A stretch of 64,000 nucleotides of DNA, taken from NCBI RefSeq assembly GCF_039654945.1, contig NW_027361937.1, positions 8,308,001 through 8,372,000 on the forward strand, written 5' to 3'. Both the position numbers and the translations under genes were made by a program. The number at the start of each line of letters is the position of its first letter. Positions within the stretch are counted from its first letter, which is position 1. This DNA comes from Dendrobates tinctorius. Lineage: Eukaryota. Below are positions 14,465-27,329 of this stretch, in pieces. The notes below the pieces were generated by a model. It was not told the origin of the DNA, did no database searches, and saw only the letters and a list, made by a program, of their open reading frames with translations.

Positions 14465-14890
14465 ACCCAGGCATGGTATGTGAAAAGAGATCCATGGAGT
14501 AATCTGAAGTGTGTGCTGCCGCATCCTTCACTTTTGGTGTCGGTGAAGGACACAAGGAAAGTGGTTGCTCCTGACCAGAAGCCCGCACTTACGACTCAGT
14601 GCTTGCATTTTTTTTAACCTTTAGAAGAGGAGGCGATAGAGCTGGAGGCTGTTTCAGCAATGTAAGCCAAAAACAGTTCCTGATGCTCCGGCTTTAAAAG
14701 CAGTCTACCTACTCCCAGAAAATGGAGCCTTACAGGCCTTCCAGAGCTACACCATGATGCAGGCTCAACACCTCCTGCCTTAGCTGCTATTGTGCTTTTG
14801 GCACTACCAGCAGATGCACCACCACCACCATCAGTACCAGGTGGCCGCCCACGTCCGCATCCTCTTCCACCATACTTCCTCATGTTTTAG
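14465..14890 (-). pseudogene. Second, truncated copy of the hAT transposase N-terminus
   Basis: MRKYGGRG..GGVEPAS..LLKPEHQE..KVKDAAAHTSDYSMDLFSHTMPGL matches 19190-19610 and 39915-40338. Confidence 0.85.
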
Positions 14891-14899
14891 AAAAATACC

Positions 14900-15785
14900 A
14901 GCAGATATATGGTATTGTATCAGAAGCGTACAGCTCTATACAGTCTAGGGATAACAGTAAATCTCTGTATATATTTCATGAGTCATACACAGACGCTCAC
15001 AGGCTCAGTATGGATTACCCAATAAAATAAAAAGGTGAAAAAGCGTACAGTATCACCAGATACAAGGTATATATAGTATAGTGTAAACATTCTGAATCTC
15101 CGTATACATTTCAGGAGGCAGACACAAACGCTCTCACGCCCATTATGGATTACACAAGAATATGAAAAGCTGTAAATGGGTAATGTAACACAAGCATACA
15201 GCTGTATACAGTGTTGGCCAAATTTGAAATCTCAGTATATATTTCTGGAGTCACCCTCAGACGCTCATTCAGTCTGGGTTTGACCATAATAAAAAATGTT
15301 GTAAAAAAGGTACTGGATAACAAGATGGCAAGTATATATATTATAGGGTACAATTGAAAGCTCCGTATACATAGTTCTGTAGTCAGTCTCAGACGCTTTC
15401 CCAGTATGGATTTGACCGTAATACTAAATGTCAAACAAAGGTACTGTATAACAAGATACAAGCTGTATCGAGTATAGGGTAAAAATTGGTTTCTCCGATT
15501 CACCGTATATATAGAAGGCATAAACCACACACGCTCACTCACAATGGATGATACCATAATACAAAATTTTGAACAAAGGTACTGTATCAGCACATACCAG
15601 GTGTATCCAGTCTAGAGGTAATTTTAAATTTTCGTCTATACTTCTGGAGTCAGACACAGACACTCACAGGCTCAGTATGTATTACACCAGAATTTAACAA
15701 GTAGAAAAAGGGAAAGGTAGTCGAAGCGTACAACAGTATACAGTGTTGTGGTACTTTTAAATGTTCGTATATATTTCAATCTCAG
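14900..15785. repeat. Degenerate ~130-135-bp tandem array, ~7 units
   Basis: ctccgtata..cagacgctc..cagtatgga motif recurs at ~14963, 15098, 15231, 15361, 15501, 15631, 15764. Confidence 0.7.
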
Positions 15786-15799
15786 TAACCCAGTCCAGA

Positions 15800-16384
15800 C
15801 TCTCCGCTACTGGAAACTACATGGATACAATTACAGACGGAAAGTCGAGTGTTAGCAGAAATTTGGGAATTACTCATCGCGGGAAAACCTCCCGGTACAT
15901 GTTGCAGAGGCGATGCAGACCCTCCATCACTGTGTCTGTGGATACAGCGAAAACGGTTCTTTGTGAAGAAAGGATTGCTTTATCGCAGTAGCATGGATCA
16001 CATCACCGTTACTCGTCTCCATCAAATTGTGATCACGGAGAGATGTAGACATGGTCCTCAATGCCTATCATGATGTGTCTGGTCATTATGGAGTGCAAAA
16101 GACAGAAGCCACAGACCGTAGGCGATTCTATTGGATTGGCATGAGAGGAGACATTGAAAAATGGTGGCAGGAATGTCACACGTCTGCGACTATCACAACT
16201 GTGAAAGGTGATCATAAAGCACCATTGCATCCGCTTGTAAGTTGACGTCCATTACAAATGGTAGCCATTGATCATCTGAAGGTAAAGGCCAGCAGGAAAG
16301 ATCATAGCTACATCTTACCCATCATCGATCAACAAACCAAATTTCTAGTGGCCGTCCCTGTGAAGGATTTAACTGCCCAGACTA
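15800..16384 (+). pseudogene. Gypsy/Ty3 integrase fragment (zinc-binding region and start of core)
   Basis: AYHDVSGHYGVQKT..RFYWIGMRGDIEKW.QEC, then PLQMVAIDH..IIDQQTKFLVAVPVKD; stops and frameshifts; no LTRs. Confidence 0.8.
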
Positions 16385-16798
16385 CACAGCGGTGGAGGAG
16401 GGAGAGGTAAGTATTGCAACTTGCAAGTGCTGTGGCCATGACCAAGCAGGGGTGGCACACTCGTGGTCGACGGTACTGGCACAGGGCCCCTCATAGTACG
16501 CTGGTGTGTATGACGGTGAGTGGGCCCCCCCACCATCAGAGACACTGTATTGTACTATGAGGGGCCCTGTGCCAGTGCCGTCGGCCATCTGTGGGCCCAT
16601 CCACCTGTTCAGAGCAACAGCACTTGCCCGGGTGCTCCAGGTGTTGACCCGAGCCATTGGGGGGGTGGGAAGCCCACTTAGGGAGGTTTAAAAAATGGCA
16701 TATGTTGATGTATTGGCTGGACATTCAGCTGCTGCAAAGGGCGGAATTGGGCAAGTCCGAGGAAGAGGAGGACAAAAGCGAGGCAGTTTTTTGGCAAC

Positions 16799-19610
16799 CT
16801 ATGTGTCATCAGGGGAAGGTGGGACAAAATCCTTTGAAACCCATGCATGGTTAATTTTAATGAAGGTTAGATCATCAACATTTTGGGTAGACAGACGGGT
16901 CCTTTTTTCTGTCAGGATTGATCCAGCAGCACTGAAGAGGGAAAACATCGATATGGGAGGAGAAGTAGTTTGTAACCATAGTTGGCAACTGCTGTCTCCT
17001 GTCACTTTTAATCGATGCAGTATTAGCAGTCGTGTGAGCGGTACTTGAGAAATCATTCCACAACATGGTCAATAAACCCCTGTCTCCAACGCCACTTCGG
17101 TTGTGTGCAACACGAACACCTCTTCCATTATGGCCACTACGGCTCGTGGGAGAACCAGCACCGCTGCTGTGTGCTGGGAAAGCCTCAAACAAACGGTTTA
17201 CCAGAGTTGCTTGTTTGTTAGCCAATATTATCTCTAGGTTCTCCTGTGGCATGATGTTGTGTAATTTGCCTTTGTAGCGTGGATCGAGGATGCTGGCCAG
17301 CCAGTAGTCGTCATCCCTCATCATTTTGGCAATGCAGGGGTCCCTTTTTAGGATCCACAAGGCATAATGGCACATGTGGGCCAATGTTCCAGGTGTCAAT
17401 GATGCACTGCCAGTGGTGGGTGGAGGAGCATTTTCTGGCAAATCCACATCCCTACAGTCACGCACAAACACTGTACCTGACCTTGGAATGTCGACATTTC
17501 GTTTGCCCCCTGAGAAGCATCCTCCTGCCCAAAATAATCATCCCCCTCATCCTCCTCCTCCTCTTCCTCTTCTTCCTCCACCTCGTCCAGGACAGTTCCC
17601 CAGTTCCCTGACCAGACAATGGCTGACTGTCATCAAGGCTTCCCTCCTCCTCCGCTGCAGACGCCTGATTCTTAATGTGCGTCAAACTTTGCATGAGCAG
17701 ACGCATAAGTGGGATGCTCATGCTTATGATGGCGTCGTCTGCGCTTACCAGCTGTGTGCATTCCTCAAAACACTGAAGGACTTTCCAGAGGTCTTTCAGC
17801 TTTGACCACTGCACACCCGACAATTCCATGTCTTCCCTCAAACTGCCTGCCCGTGTATCCTCCCACAAATGCATTACATCCTGCCTCTGTTCGCACAGCC
17901 TCTCAACCATGTGCAGGGTGGAGTTCCACCTTGTTGCAACGTCTATAATTTGGTGGTGCTTGGGGAGGTGGACGAGTGGAGTGGACGTTTGAGCGACGGA
18001 TGTGCGAGCACAGTCTTCGCACCTTAAGGAGCATGGGCAATGCGGTCTTTCACATGCCGGTGGAGGGCAGGGATGGCTTTTCAAGAAAAGAAGTGCCGAC
18101 TGGGTAGGTCATAGCATGGGACAGCATAGGTCATGAGGTCGTGGAAAGCTTCGCTTTCAACCAAACGGTAGGGCATCATCTCTAATGAGATTAGTTTGGC
18201 AATGTAAGCGCTCAATCAAAGTGTACGCGGATGAGAGGATGAGTACTTTCTTGTCCTACTCTGAGTGTCTGGTAGGGTGAGCTGGACTGGAGAGCTGCAT
18301 ATGGGGGAAGTAGCAGTGGACCGGACGGAGTGAGAGGGGGTTGGTGATGGTATTGGTGGTGATGGCCTAGATTTGCAAAACCATTGTGATTCCCTGAGTG
18401 CTTTGGCCTTGCGACAACACCTCCACATTTAGTGCTGGTGGTGTGCTTAACGGTGGCGGTGGTCTTACAGTGGGGGAATCGATGGAGCGTTGCTGGCTAC
18501 CTTCAGTCGGAGCAGGTGCACATGTGCTACCTGAGGTTTTGCAGTCCGTCCATGCTTGCAAGTGCATGTTGATTAAATGTCTAAGCATGCAACTGGTATT
18601 CAAATTTCTGAGCTGTTTACCTCGGCTAAAGGTCCTTCCGCACTTCTTACAGGTAACCTTTGCCTCATCAGTAGGATTTTGGACAAAGAAGTGCCACACT
18701 GCACTCTTCCTACTATGGTATACATTTTCTGGCCTTGCACACTGTGCTAAGTTGACCGTCTGGCCAAGCTGTCCTGCAACTCTTTTAGTTTTTGCTCCAT
18801 GTTTTTGGACAGCTACGGGCCTGGAAGATAACCGCTGCTGTGATGTCAATGCCTGCTGCGGATCCTTCTCCTTATCTGAACTATTGCCAGCGCCACCCTC
18901 CTCCCCCAATGGATGCCAATCTGGGTCAAGAACTGGGTCATCCATCACCTCCTGTTCAAAGTCATCTGCACCTTCCTCTTTACCTTCCTCTGTGTCACTG
19001 TGTATGGTGGTATATTATGCGGGAAGGGGCAGATGAGTTTCATCAGGGTCAGATTCTGGCTCAATAGACTGCGAGGGCAATGTAGTGCTCTGGGTCGATG
19101 TACCAGCAGAATCATCTAGCAGTGGCTGTGCATCAGTGCACTCCATGTCAGATTCATCTTGGACTGGGGAATTCTGGATTTGACTGGATAACCCAGGCAT
19201 GGTATGTGAAAAGAGCTCCATAGAGTAATCTGAAGTGTGGGCTGCCGCATCCTTAACTTTTGGTGGGGTGAAGGACACAAGGAAAGGTGTTTTTCCTGAC
19301 CAGAACCCTGCACTGATGACCACGTGCTTGCAGGTTTCGAATGTTCAGAAGAGGAGGCAATAGAGCTGGTGGCTGTTTCTGCAATGTACGACAAAACCTG
19401 TTCCTGATGCTCCGGCTTTAAAAGCGGTTTTCCTACTCCAAGAAAAGGTAACCTTACAGGCCTTCTTGGGCCAGACGATGATGCAGGCTCAACACCTCCT
19501 ACCTTAGCTGCTATTGTGCTTTTGCCAGAACCAGCCGATGCACCACCACCATCAGTACCAGCCACGCCCCCCTGCCCATGTCCACGGCCTCTTCCACCAT
19601 ACTTCCTCAT
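16799..19610 (-). pseudogene. hAT transposase pseudogene, copy 1
   Basis: BED finger (SAVWHFF..CKKC..MLRHL..MH), TRWNST, LDPRYK, C-terminal KRTRLS..LTFIK. Frameshifts; deletions remove the TTDAW/VSDNG/CLAH and SERVFS segments. Confidence 0.9.
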
Positions 19611-19825
19611 GTTTGGGAAAATGTACCAAAAATACCAGCAGAGAGATGGTACTGTATGAGGAGTGTCCACCTGTGCAAGATGTATTAAAAAAATTAAATC
19701 TACGTATATATTTCAGTTAGTCACAGACGCTCTCCCAGTATGTATTTGACCGTAATCCAACAAGGAGATATACGGTACTGTATCAGAAGTGTACAGCTGT
19801 ATACGCTTTTTGTGTAACTAACAAT

Positions 19826-20225
19826 CTCCGTATATGTATTTACGGAGTGTCGCACACACACGCTGACTCTGTATAGATGTAACTGTAATGCGAACAGCAG
19901 ATATACAATACTGTTTGAGAATCGGACAGCTCAATACGGTGTATGGAGAAATGGAAATGTCCGTATATGTATTTACAGAGTGTCACACACACACGCTGAC
20001 TCTATATAGATGTGACTGTAATGCGAAAAGCAGATATACAATACTGTTTGAGAATCGGACAGCTCAATATGGTGTATGGAGAAATGGAAATGTCCGTATA
20101 TGTATTTACGGAGTGTCACACACACTTGCTGACTCTGTATAGATGTGACCATAATGCGAACAGCAGATATCCAATACTGTTTGAGAATCGGACAGCTCTA
20201 TATGGTGTCTGTATGGAAAATTGTA
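19826..20225. repeat. 133-bp tandem array (~3 units) upstream of hAT copy 1 transposase
   Basis: ccgtatatgtatttac at 19828, 19961, 20094. Confidence 0.85.
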
Positions 20226-20697
20226 AATCTCCATCTATTTTTATAAGGCGTGACACACGCTGTCTCTGTATAGTTTTGACCGTCATCAAACAGCAGATAT
20301 ACGAAACTGTTTGAAAAGCGGACAGCTCTATACGGTGTAGGCCGATGCACCACCACCACCAAGGAAATATAAAACAGACACCACGGGGTTAAAGCAACTA
20401 AAAACCAAAGCTTAGCTTTATCTGCTGCCTTATAAAGGGAAGTGGGAGTAGTCAGCATCTGCTGACTAACTAAACATATAGTAACACCAGCGACCACTGG
20501 GGGGAAACCCAGCAGCCGACCAACTACAGTTGTAGTAACACCAGTGGCCACCGGGGGAAAAAACTGACATTAACAACTCCCGATGGCCTGAAAAGGAAAA
20601 AGTTTATAAAAGAGAATCCAGAATCTGACAGATCCAAAAATGGATCGTGATAGTACCCCTCCTTCAATGAGGGACCTCTGGACCATCAACACTGCAA

Positions 20698-20737
20698 CCC
20701 TGAGGAAGGTGCCAGGAAGGGCGCCGAAATGCGTAGG
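20698..20737 (+). ncRNA. Minimal type I hammerhead ribozyme motif (Penelope-type, degenerate)
   Basis: CC-CUGAGGA-A-GGUGCC-aggaag-GGCGCC-GAAA-UGC-GUA-GG followed by AATAAA; helix I very short. Confidence 0.6.
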
Positions 20738-21020
20738 AAGGAATAAAGAAGTACTTTGTTACAACATCTTGCATCCCAGGTGATTTTGTGGACTCAGCAG
20801 CGCAGACTGTGGCACACCTTGCTTCCCATATTCTCTGGCAGTTTTTCCACGTTGGAGTGTCGGTGGAGGTCCTGCAGCAGCTGATACTGTGTTATGTCTT
20901 CAAGCCAGTTGTGGGTCACACAACTGGAATAGGTGAGTGGAACTGCATTACACCACTCACATCGTAGTGTCACTAGTGATAGGGCACTATTGCGCCTCTT
21001 GTTCCCCCACCCTTTTTGTA

Positions 21021-21684
21021 TTAAGCACCACCACCAGACAGGTAACACTGAGGGGAAGAAATGGAGGAAATGTACACTCCCTGGTCGCCTCCCTCCACAC
21101 TCCAAGGGGGACGCGGCTTCTTAGCTGGTATCGAAGATTTGGCGTGAGCCGGGCAGACCCTGAAAAAATGGCCTGTCTGCCCACAGCAAAAACATGCCCC
21201 CAAACCACGACGAACCGCAGACATCCGCTGGGGAACCAACTCCTCCCACCTGCCTGGGCTTGTCCGCCTGCACCAGTGAGTCCTCCTCCCTAGCAAGGAC
21301 TACCAGGGGCATATTCGCCAAAGCCGCAAAAAACACGTCCACTGACCGTAGAGATGGTGAATCGGCTGGCAGGGAGAAAGCCCACAATAGGGGATCACCC
21401 TTAAGGAGGGATATGATGAATCCTACCCGCTGTTCCTCACTCCCTAATGAACGAGGGCAGAGCCTGAAGTGTAACTTGTAGGCCTCCTGAAAAACCAAAA
21501 AATTATCTCTCCCTCCAGAAATCCAGTCTGGGAGAGATAACTTGGGTTCTGGTTGAGCCTGCACCTGAGCTGAGGCCCTGAACCCCACCAACTTCTGCAG
21601 CTGCTTCTCCACCACACCACACAGCACCCCATGCTCCTCAGTGAGGGTCTGCAGCAATTGGAGACAGGTCTGCATTAGGGCCAT
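21021..21684 (-). pseudogene. Gag remnant (LDOC1/RTL-like capsid region plus CCHC zinc knuckle)
   Basis: EPKLSLPD..SEEQRVGFIISLLKGDPLLWA, and frameshifted GACFCCGQTGHFFRVCP (CX2CX4HX4C). Confidence 0.8.
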
Positions 21685-24600
21685 GGCTCACCAGAAAAAA
21701 AAAATGGGCGGTTGATAATAATGTCACGGGGCAGTTGCGGGGAAACAGGAGATGTGGAACCAGGGCCCCTGAGCTGCCCCTCAGGCTGAAGGGGGTGCCC
21801 TGACTCTCCTTAACTTGGGGGTACACTTGATGGTAGTGAGGCCCAAGTCCCCGACCTGTCCCTATCTCCTGTTTAGCCCTGAGCTAAACACCCAACCCCC
21901 TCCCCAGGAGGTGAGACAGGGAATAAAGTGCACTGCACCAATAACACGAAATGAAATATAAAACAGACACCACGGGGTTAAAGCAACTAAAAACAAAAGC
22001 TTAGCTTTATCTGCTGCCAATGCTCCCATCATCAGAGGAAGGCACCCAATCAGCATCCAGCAGCATCACCACAGCTCCAGAAAAGCTGAACCCCCTCTGC
22101 ACCAGGTAGGTCCAGTCTTCACCAATGTTGGTTAGCAAATGACCAGTATTACCAACAGTGAATTGCAACACCAGGTGGCCTTATAAAGGGAAGTGGGAGT
22201 AGTCACCACCTACTGACTAACTAAACATGTAGTAACATCAGCGGCCACCAGGGGGGAAAAACCTAGCAGCCGACCAACTACAGTTGTAGTAACACCAGCA
22301 TCCACCCAGGGGGTAGGGAACCCAGCAGCCGACCAACTACAGTTGTAGCAACACCAGCGGCAAAAATTGACATTAACCCCTGATGGTCTGAAAGGGAAAA
22401 AGTTTATAAAAGAGAATCCAGAATCTGACAGATCTAAAAATGGATCATGACAGGGAGTGGGAGACGCTGAATGTGCGGTTGGAAAGGTATGAGGAGATCC
22501 AGGATAGGGCGAGGTCTTTGATGCCAAAGGAGGAGAGGATCTGTAGTAGGGGGCCGTGGTCAACTGTGTCGAAAGCAGAGGACAGGTCTAAAAGGAGGAG
22601 TATAGAGTATTGTCCGTTAGCTTTGGCTGTAAGTAGGTCGTAATTTTGGTGAGGGCTGTCTCAGTGGAATGATGGGGATGGATACCAGATTGTAGATTGT
22701 CAAAGAGCAAGTTAGATGAGAGGTGGGAGGAAAGTTCAACGTGGACATGCTGTTCCAGGAGTTTAGAAGCAAATGGGAGCAATGATATTGGGCGATAGCT
22801 GGACATGGCTTTTGGGTCATGGGTTGGCTTTTTAAGGATAGGTGGCATGCTTGAAAGCAGAAGGGACGTTACCAGAAGTTAGTGATAGGTTGAAGAGGTG
22901 GGTTAGAGATGGGATAAGAGTGGTGGTGATGTTGGGGAGGAGGTGGGATGGGATAGGGTCAAGTGCACAAGTGGTGAGTTGCGATTTGGAGAGAAGATGA
23001 GCAAGCTCCCCTTCAGTGATGTTAGGTAGGGAGGTTATGGGGTTTGGGCATTGGTCTGGCATGCAAAGGGGTTGTGGTGGTTGAGCAATAAAGACTTGCC
23101 GTGTTTGGTCTATATTGCTTTTGAAGTGTGCGGCAAAGTCCTCGGCAGAGATTAGGGAAGTCTGAGGGGGCAGTGATGGGTGGAGGAGGGAGTTAAAAGT
23201 ATTGAACAACTGTTTGGGGTTGTGGGATAAGGAAGATACAAGGGATATAAAGTAGGCCTGTTTAGCAGAGGTGAGGGCAGATTTGAATGCGAGTGTTGCT
23301 TGTTTGAGTGCAGTGATGTCGTCTTGCGAATGTGTTTTCTTCCAGCGCGTTCTGCAATTCTGGATGCTTGCTGAAGCTTTTTAGTGATGTTATTGTGCCA
23401 GGATTGTCTATTGATTCGTTGCACTCTTTTATGCATGACAGGGGTGACCGAGTCGATGGCTCATGCAAGAGTGGCATTGTAGAAACTAGTGGCAGTGGCA
23501 GTGTCGTGGAGTGAAGCTATGGAGGACAGTGCTAGAATAGAGTAAGAGAGTGTGCGAGTGTCTAGATGTGCGAGGTTTCTGCGGGGGGCTGCATGTCGCT
23601 GGACATGGGTGACAGGTGAGGAGGACAGTGATGAGAAAGTGAGTAGATGGTGGTCAGATAAAGGGAGAGGGGAGGTTGTGAAGTTAGATAGGGAGCAGAG
23701 ACAGGTGAAGACCAGGTCTAATGTGTGTCCGTCTGTGTGGGTGGCTGAGGAAGACCACTGAGTAAGTCCAAAAGATGAAGTAAGGGACAGGAGTTTTGAG
23801 GCTGCTGACTGGTGGGTGACAATGTGGATGTTGAAGTCACCCATGATGATGGTGGGAATGTCAGCAGAGAGAAAGTGAAGGAGCCAGGTGGAGAATTGGT
23901 CAATAAAGGCAGTGGTTGGGCCCGGAGGTCGGAATATGATGGCCACTTGGAGGTTGGAGGGGCAGTAGATGCGGACAGAGTGGACTTCAAAAGAGGGGAG
24001 GATTAGGGAGGGAAAAGGTGGGATTGGGTTGAAGGCGCAGTTGGAAGAAAGGAGAAGGCCCACTCCTCCACCATGTCTGTTGCCAGGGCGAGGAGTGTGG
24101 GTGAAGAGGAGGACGTCGTAACATAGCGCAGCATGGGAGGCGGTGTCGGAGGGTGTCAGCCATGTTTCGAGGAGGCCGAGGAAGGAGAAATTACGAGACG
24201 TAAAGCGGTCGTGAATAACATGGAGTTTATTGCAGATGGAGCGGGCATTCCAGAGTGGTCCAGAGAGAGGGAGCAGGGTGGTGGGCTTCAAGGGCACGGA
24301 TTTGAGGTGGGAAAGATTTCTGGTGCTTGTATTGGGATGGGAATGATAGAAGGGGTAATAATGGGAGGTATGAGCTGTGGGGTCCAGGATTGGGAGATAT
24401 GTCGCCAGCAGTGAGGAGAAGCAGAGAAAGGGAGAGCATGTGGGAGAAGGAGGGTGGACGGCTTGTTTTGTATTTTATTAGGAGAGCTCTGAAGTCAAGG
24501 AGCAGGTCAGCTGAGGAGTTCAGGTGGGGAGACAAGAGGGAAGGCGAAATTATTATTTGGTTAGTGGGTGCGGATAACGAAGGAGAGTGAGGAGCAATGG

Positions 24601-25267
24601 AGCCAAAACTGTTAAAGCGTATATCAGCATGGTGAGCGTAAGTTTGATCGCAAAAGAAATTTAGTACATGTAAACACAGTGGTTAGTCGTACCTTCTGGT
24701 CACTTCTGGCTCAATTCTGGCATATTTCTGATGTTATCCTTAAAAAAGACATCCTTGCAAAAGACAGCCGAAGGTCTAGACAGCGCTGTGCCTCTGAATT
24801 TATAGCAACTTAACAGCACATGAAAAGGTCCAGGTGTGATCAGAAGGGAGGAGCAGCAGGAACACTGGACTCTGACACAGGAGACGATTAATTAGAAGTC
24901 AGAAAATGCAAAAAGAGATAGATTCGAATGGACAGATAAGGCCAAATTGTGTGCTAGAATCAAGGAAATAAGGTAAGAAAGCAGCCAGTGGACATACCAG
25001 TAATAGAGAAATACAGGGTGATTGGGATCAGGAAAGATGGGTTATGGTATTGCAGCAGCCAGTGGACATACCAGTAATAGAGAAATAAAGGGTGATTAGG
25101 ATCAGGAAAGATGGGTTATGGTATTGCAGCAGCCAGTGGACATACCAGTAATAGAGAGATACAGGGTGATTGGGATCAAGAAAGATGGGTTATGGCATTG
25201 CATCAGCCAGTGGACATACCAGTAATAGAGAGATACAGGGTGATTGGGATCAGGAAAGATGGGTTAT

Positions 25268-26147
25268 TGTTATGAATGAGTCACCGAGGAGGAAAAACAA
25301 AAACAAGCTAAGCCACAGAAAACCAGAGAGGTTGGTAACTAAGTGGATTGCAGACCCCTGATCCTATCCACACAACTAGCAGTAGCCGTGGAGCATACCT
25401 ATGATGATCCTAGACGCCTCGTCACAGCCGGAGAACTAAATAAGCCTAAAGCAAGAAAAGGGGAAATCTAAAATGCCCCAGAGCAGACCCCCATAGCAAT
25501 AGACAGCCCCCAAACATGTATTGTCGGTGAGACAAGAAAACACAAACACAGATAGAAAAATAGGCTGAGCAAACGATGGGGCCCACACTAACTAGAAAGG
25601 ACAGGAAAGGAAAGATGCTGTCTGCAATCACGCACAAAACCCTGCCAAAAAATGTCCAACACTTTCTGATAACAAAAACCCTGAAGTCGCTAGACTTCAA
25701 TTCCCTATATCAGCCCTCTGGTATATTCTGAAAACAGAGCAAAAAAAGACCAATCTGATCAGGGACAAAAAGCAAACTGGCATAAACAGAGACATAAGAA
25801 TGGAAATTCAGCACAGCCCCAGCAGGGGCTGGCTGACCACAAAAACTGAGTAAACCAGACCAAATCTCATGTGAAACAATAGCAGAGCACACTTAGCTTG
25901 AGAAGGCAGGAACAGAACTGGAAACCAGAACCTCAGAGCAGGAAAAATCACTAGCACAAAATTAGGGAGTCGGCTGTCTTAAATCCAGTCAGAGACTCTT
26001 GATGTCCATTCACAGTCCTCCTCCTCAGGTGGCAGGTCTCTGCCATTTAGATCAGCTTCATTAGAACTCACGACTCCTCTGTCAACACAGCCAGCTCCAC
26101 CACCCTCACCAGAAGCCAGAGGTAAACCAGAAAATGAGTTCACAACA
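25268..26147. mobile_element. Solo LTR, 880 bp, copy A
   Basis: tgttatgaa...ttcacaaca inverted termini; ggttat duplicated on both sides. Confidence 0.8.
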
Positions 26148-26449
26148 GGTTATGGTATTGCAACAGCCAGTGGACATACCAGTAATAGAGAGATACAGGG
26201 TGATTGGGATCAGGAAAGATGGGTTATGGTATTGCAGCAGCCAGTGGACATACCAGTAATAGAGAAATAAAGGGTGATTAGGATCAGGAAAGATGGGTTA
26301 TGGTATTGCAGCAGCCAGTGGACATACCAGTAATAGAGAGATACAGGGTGATTGGGATCAAGAAAGATGGGTTATGGCATTGCATCAGCCAGTGGACATA
26401 CCAGTAATAGAGAGATACAGGGTGATTGGGATCAGGAAAGATGGGTTAT

Positions 26450-27329
26450 TGTTATGAATGAGTCACCGAGGAGGAAAAACAAAAACAAGCTAAGCCACAG
26501 AAAACCAGAGAGGTTGGTAACTAAGTGGATTGCAGACCCCTGATCCTATCCACACAACTAGCAGTAGCCGTGGAGCGTACCTATGATGATCCTAGACGCC
26601 TCGTCACAGCCGGAGAACTAAATAAGCCTAAAGAAAGAAAAGGGGAAATCTAAAATGCCCCAGAGCAGACCCCCATAGCAATAGACAGCCCCCAAACATG
26701 TATTGTCGGTGTGACAAGAAAACACAAACACAGATAGAAAAATAGGCTGAGCAAACGATGGGGCCCACACTAACTAGAAAGGACAGGAAAGGAAAGATGC
26801 TGTCTGCAATCACGCACAAAACCCTGCCAAAAAATGTCCAACACTTTCTGATAACAAAAACCCTGAAGTCGCTAGACTTCAATTCCCTATATCAGCCCTC
26901 TGGTATATTCTGAAAACAGAGCAAAAAAAGACCAATCTGATCAGGGACAAAAAGCAAACTGGCATAAACAGAGACATAAGAATGGAAATTCAGCACAGCC
27001 CCAGCAGGGGCTGGCTGACCACAAAAACTGAGTAAACCAGACCAAATCTCATGTGAAACAATAGCAGAGCACACTTAGCTTGAGAAGGCAGGAACAGAAC
27101 TGGAAACCAGAACCTCAGAGCAGGAAAAATCACTAGCACAAAATTAGGGAGTCGGCTGTCTTAAATCCAGTCAGAGACTCTTGATGTCCACTCACAGTCC
27201 TCCTCCTCAGGTGGCAGGTCTCTGCCATTTAGATCAGCTTCATTAGAACTCACGACTCCTCTGTCAACACAGCCAGCTCCACCACCCTCACCAGAAGCCA
27301 GAGGTAAACCAGAAAATGAGTTCACAACA
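26450..27329. mobile_element. Solo LTR, 880 bp, copy B
   Basis: Near-identical to copy A at offset 1182, with the same ggttat flanks. Confidence 0.8.

Larger units (their letters stand above)
11912..20340 (-). mobile_element. hAT (Ac/ZBED-like) transposon copy 1, 5' end deleted
   Basis: Starts tagagatgagcgac; subterminal region closely matches 34574-35300. Contains a transposase pseudogene; second TIR not found. Confidence 0.85.
20345..22452 (-). mobile_element. Internally deleted Gypsy (sushi-like) LTR element: 5' LTR 21722-22452, gag remnant, PPT, truncated 3' LTR ~20345-20652
   Basis: TGTCA..TGACA LTR termini, two matching LTR copies, purine tract gaaggagggg next to the 3' LTR; no pol. 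Confidence 0.8.
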
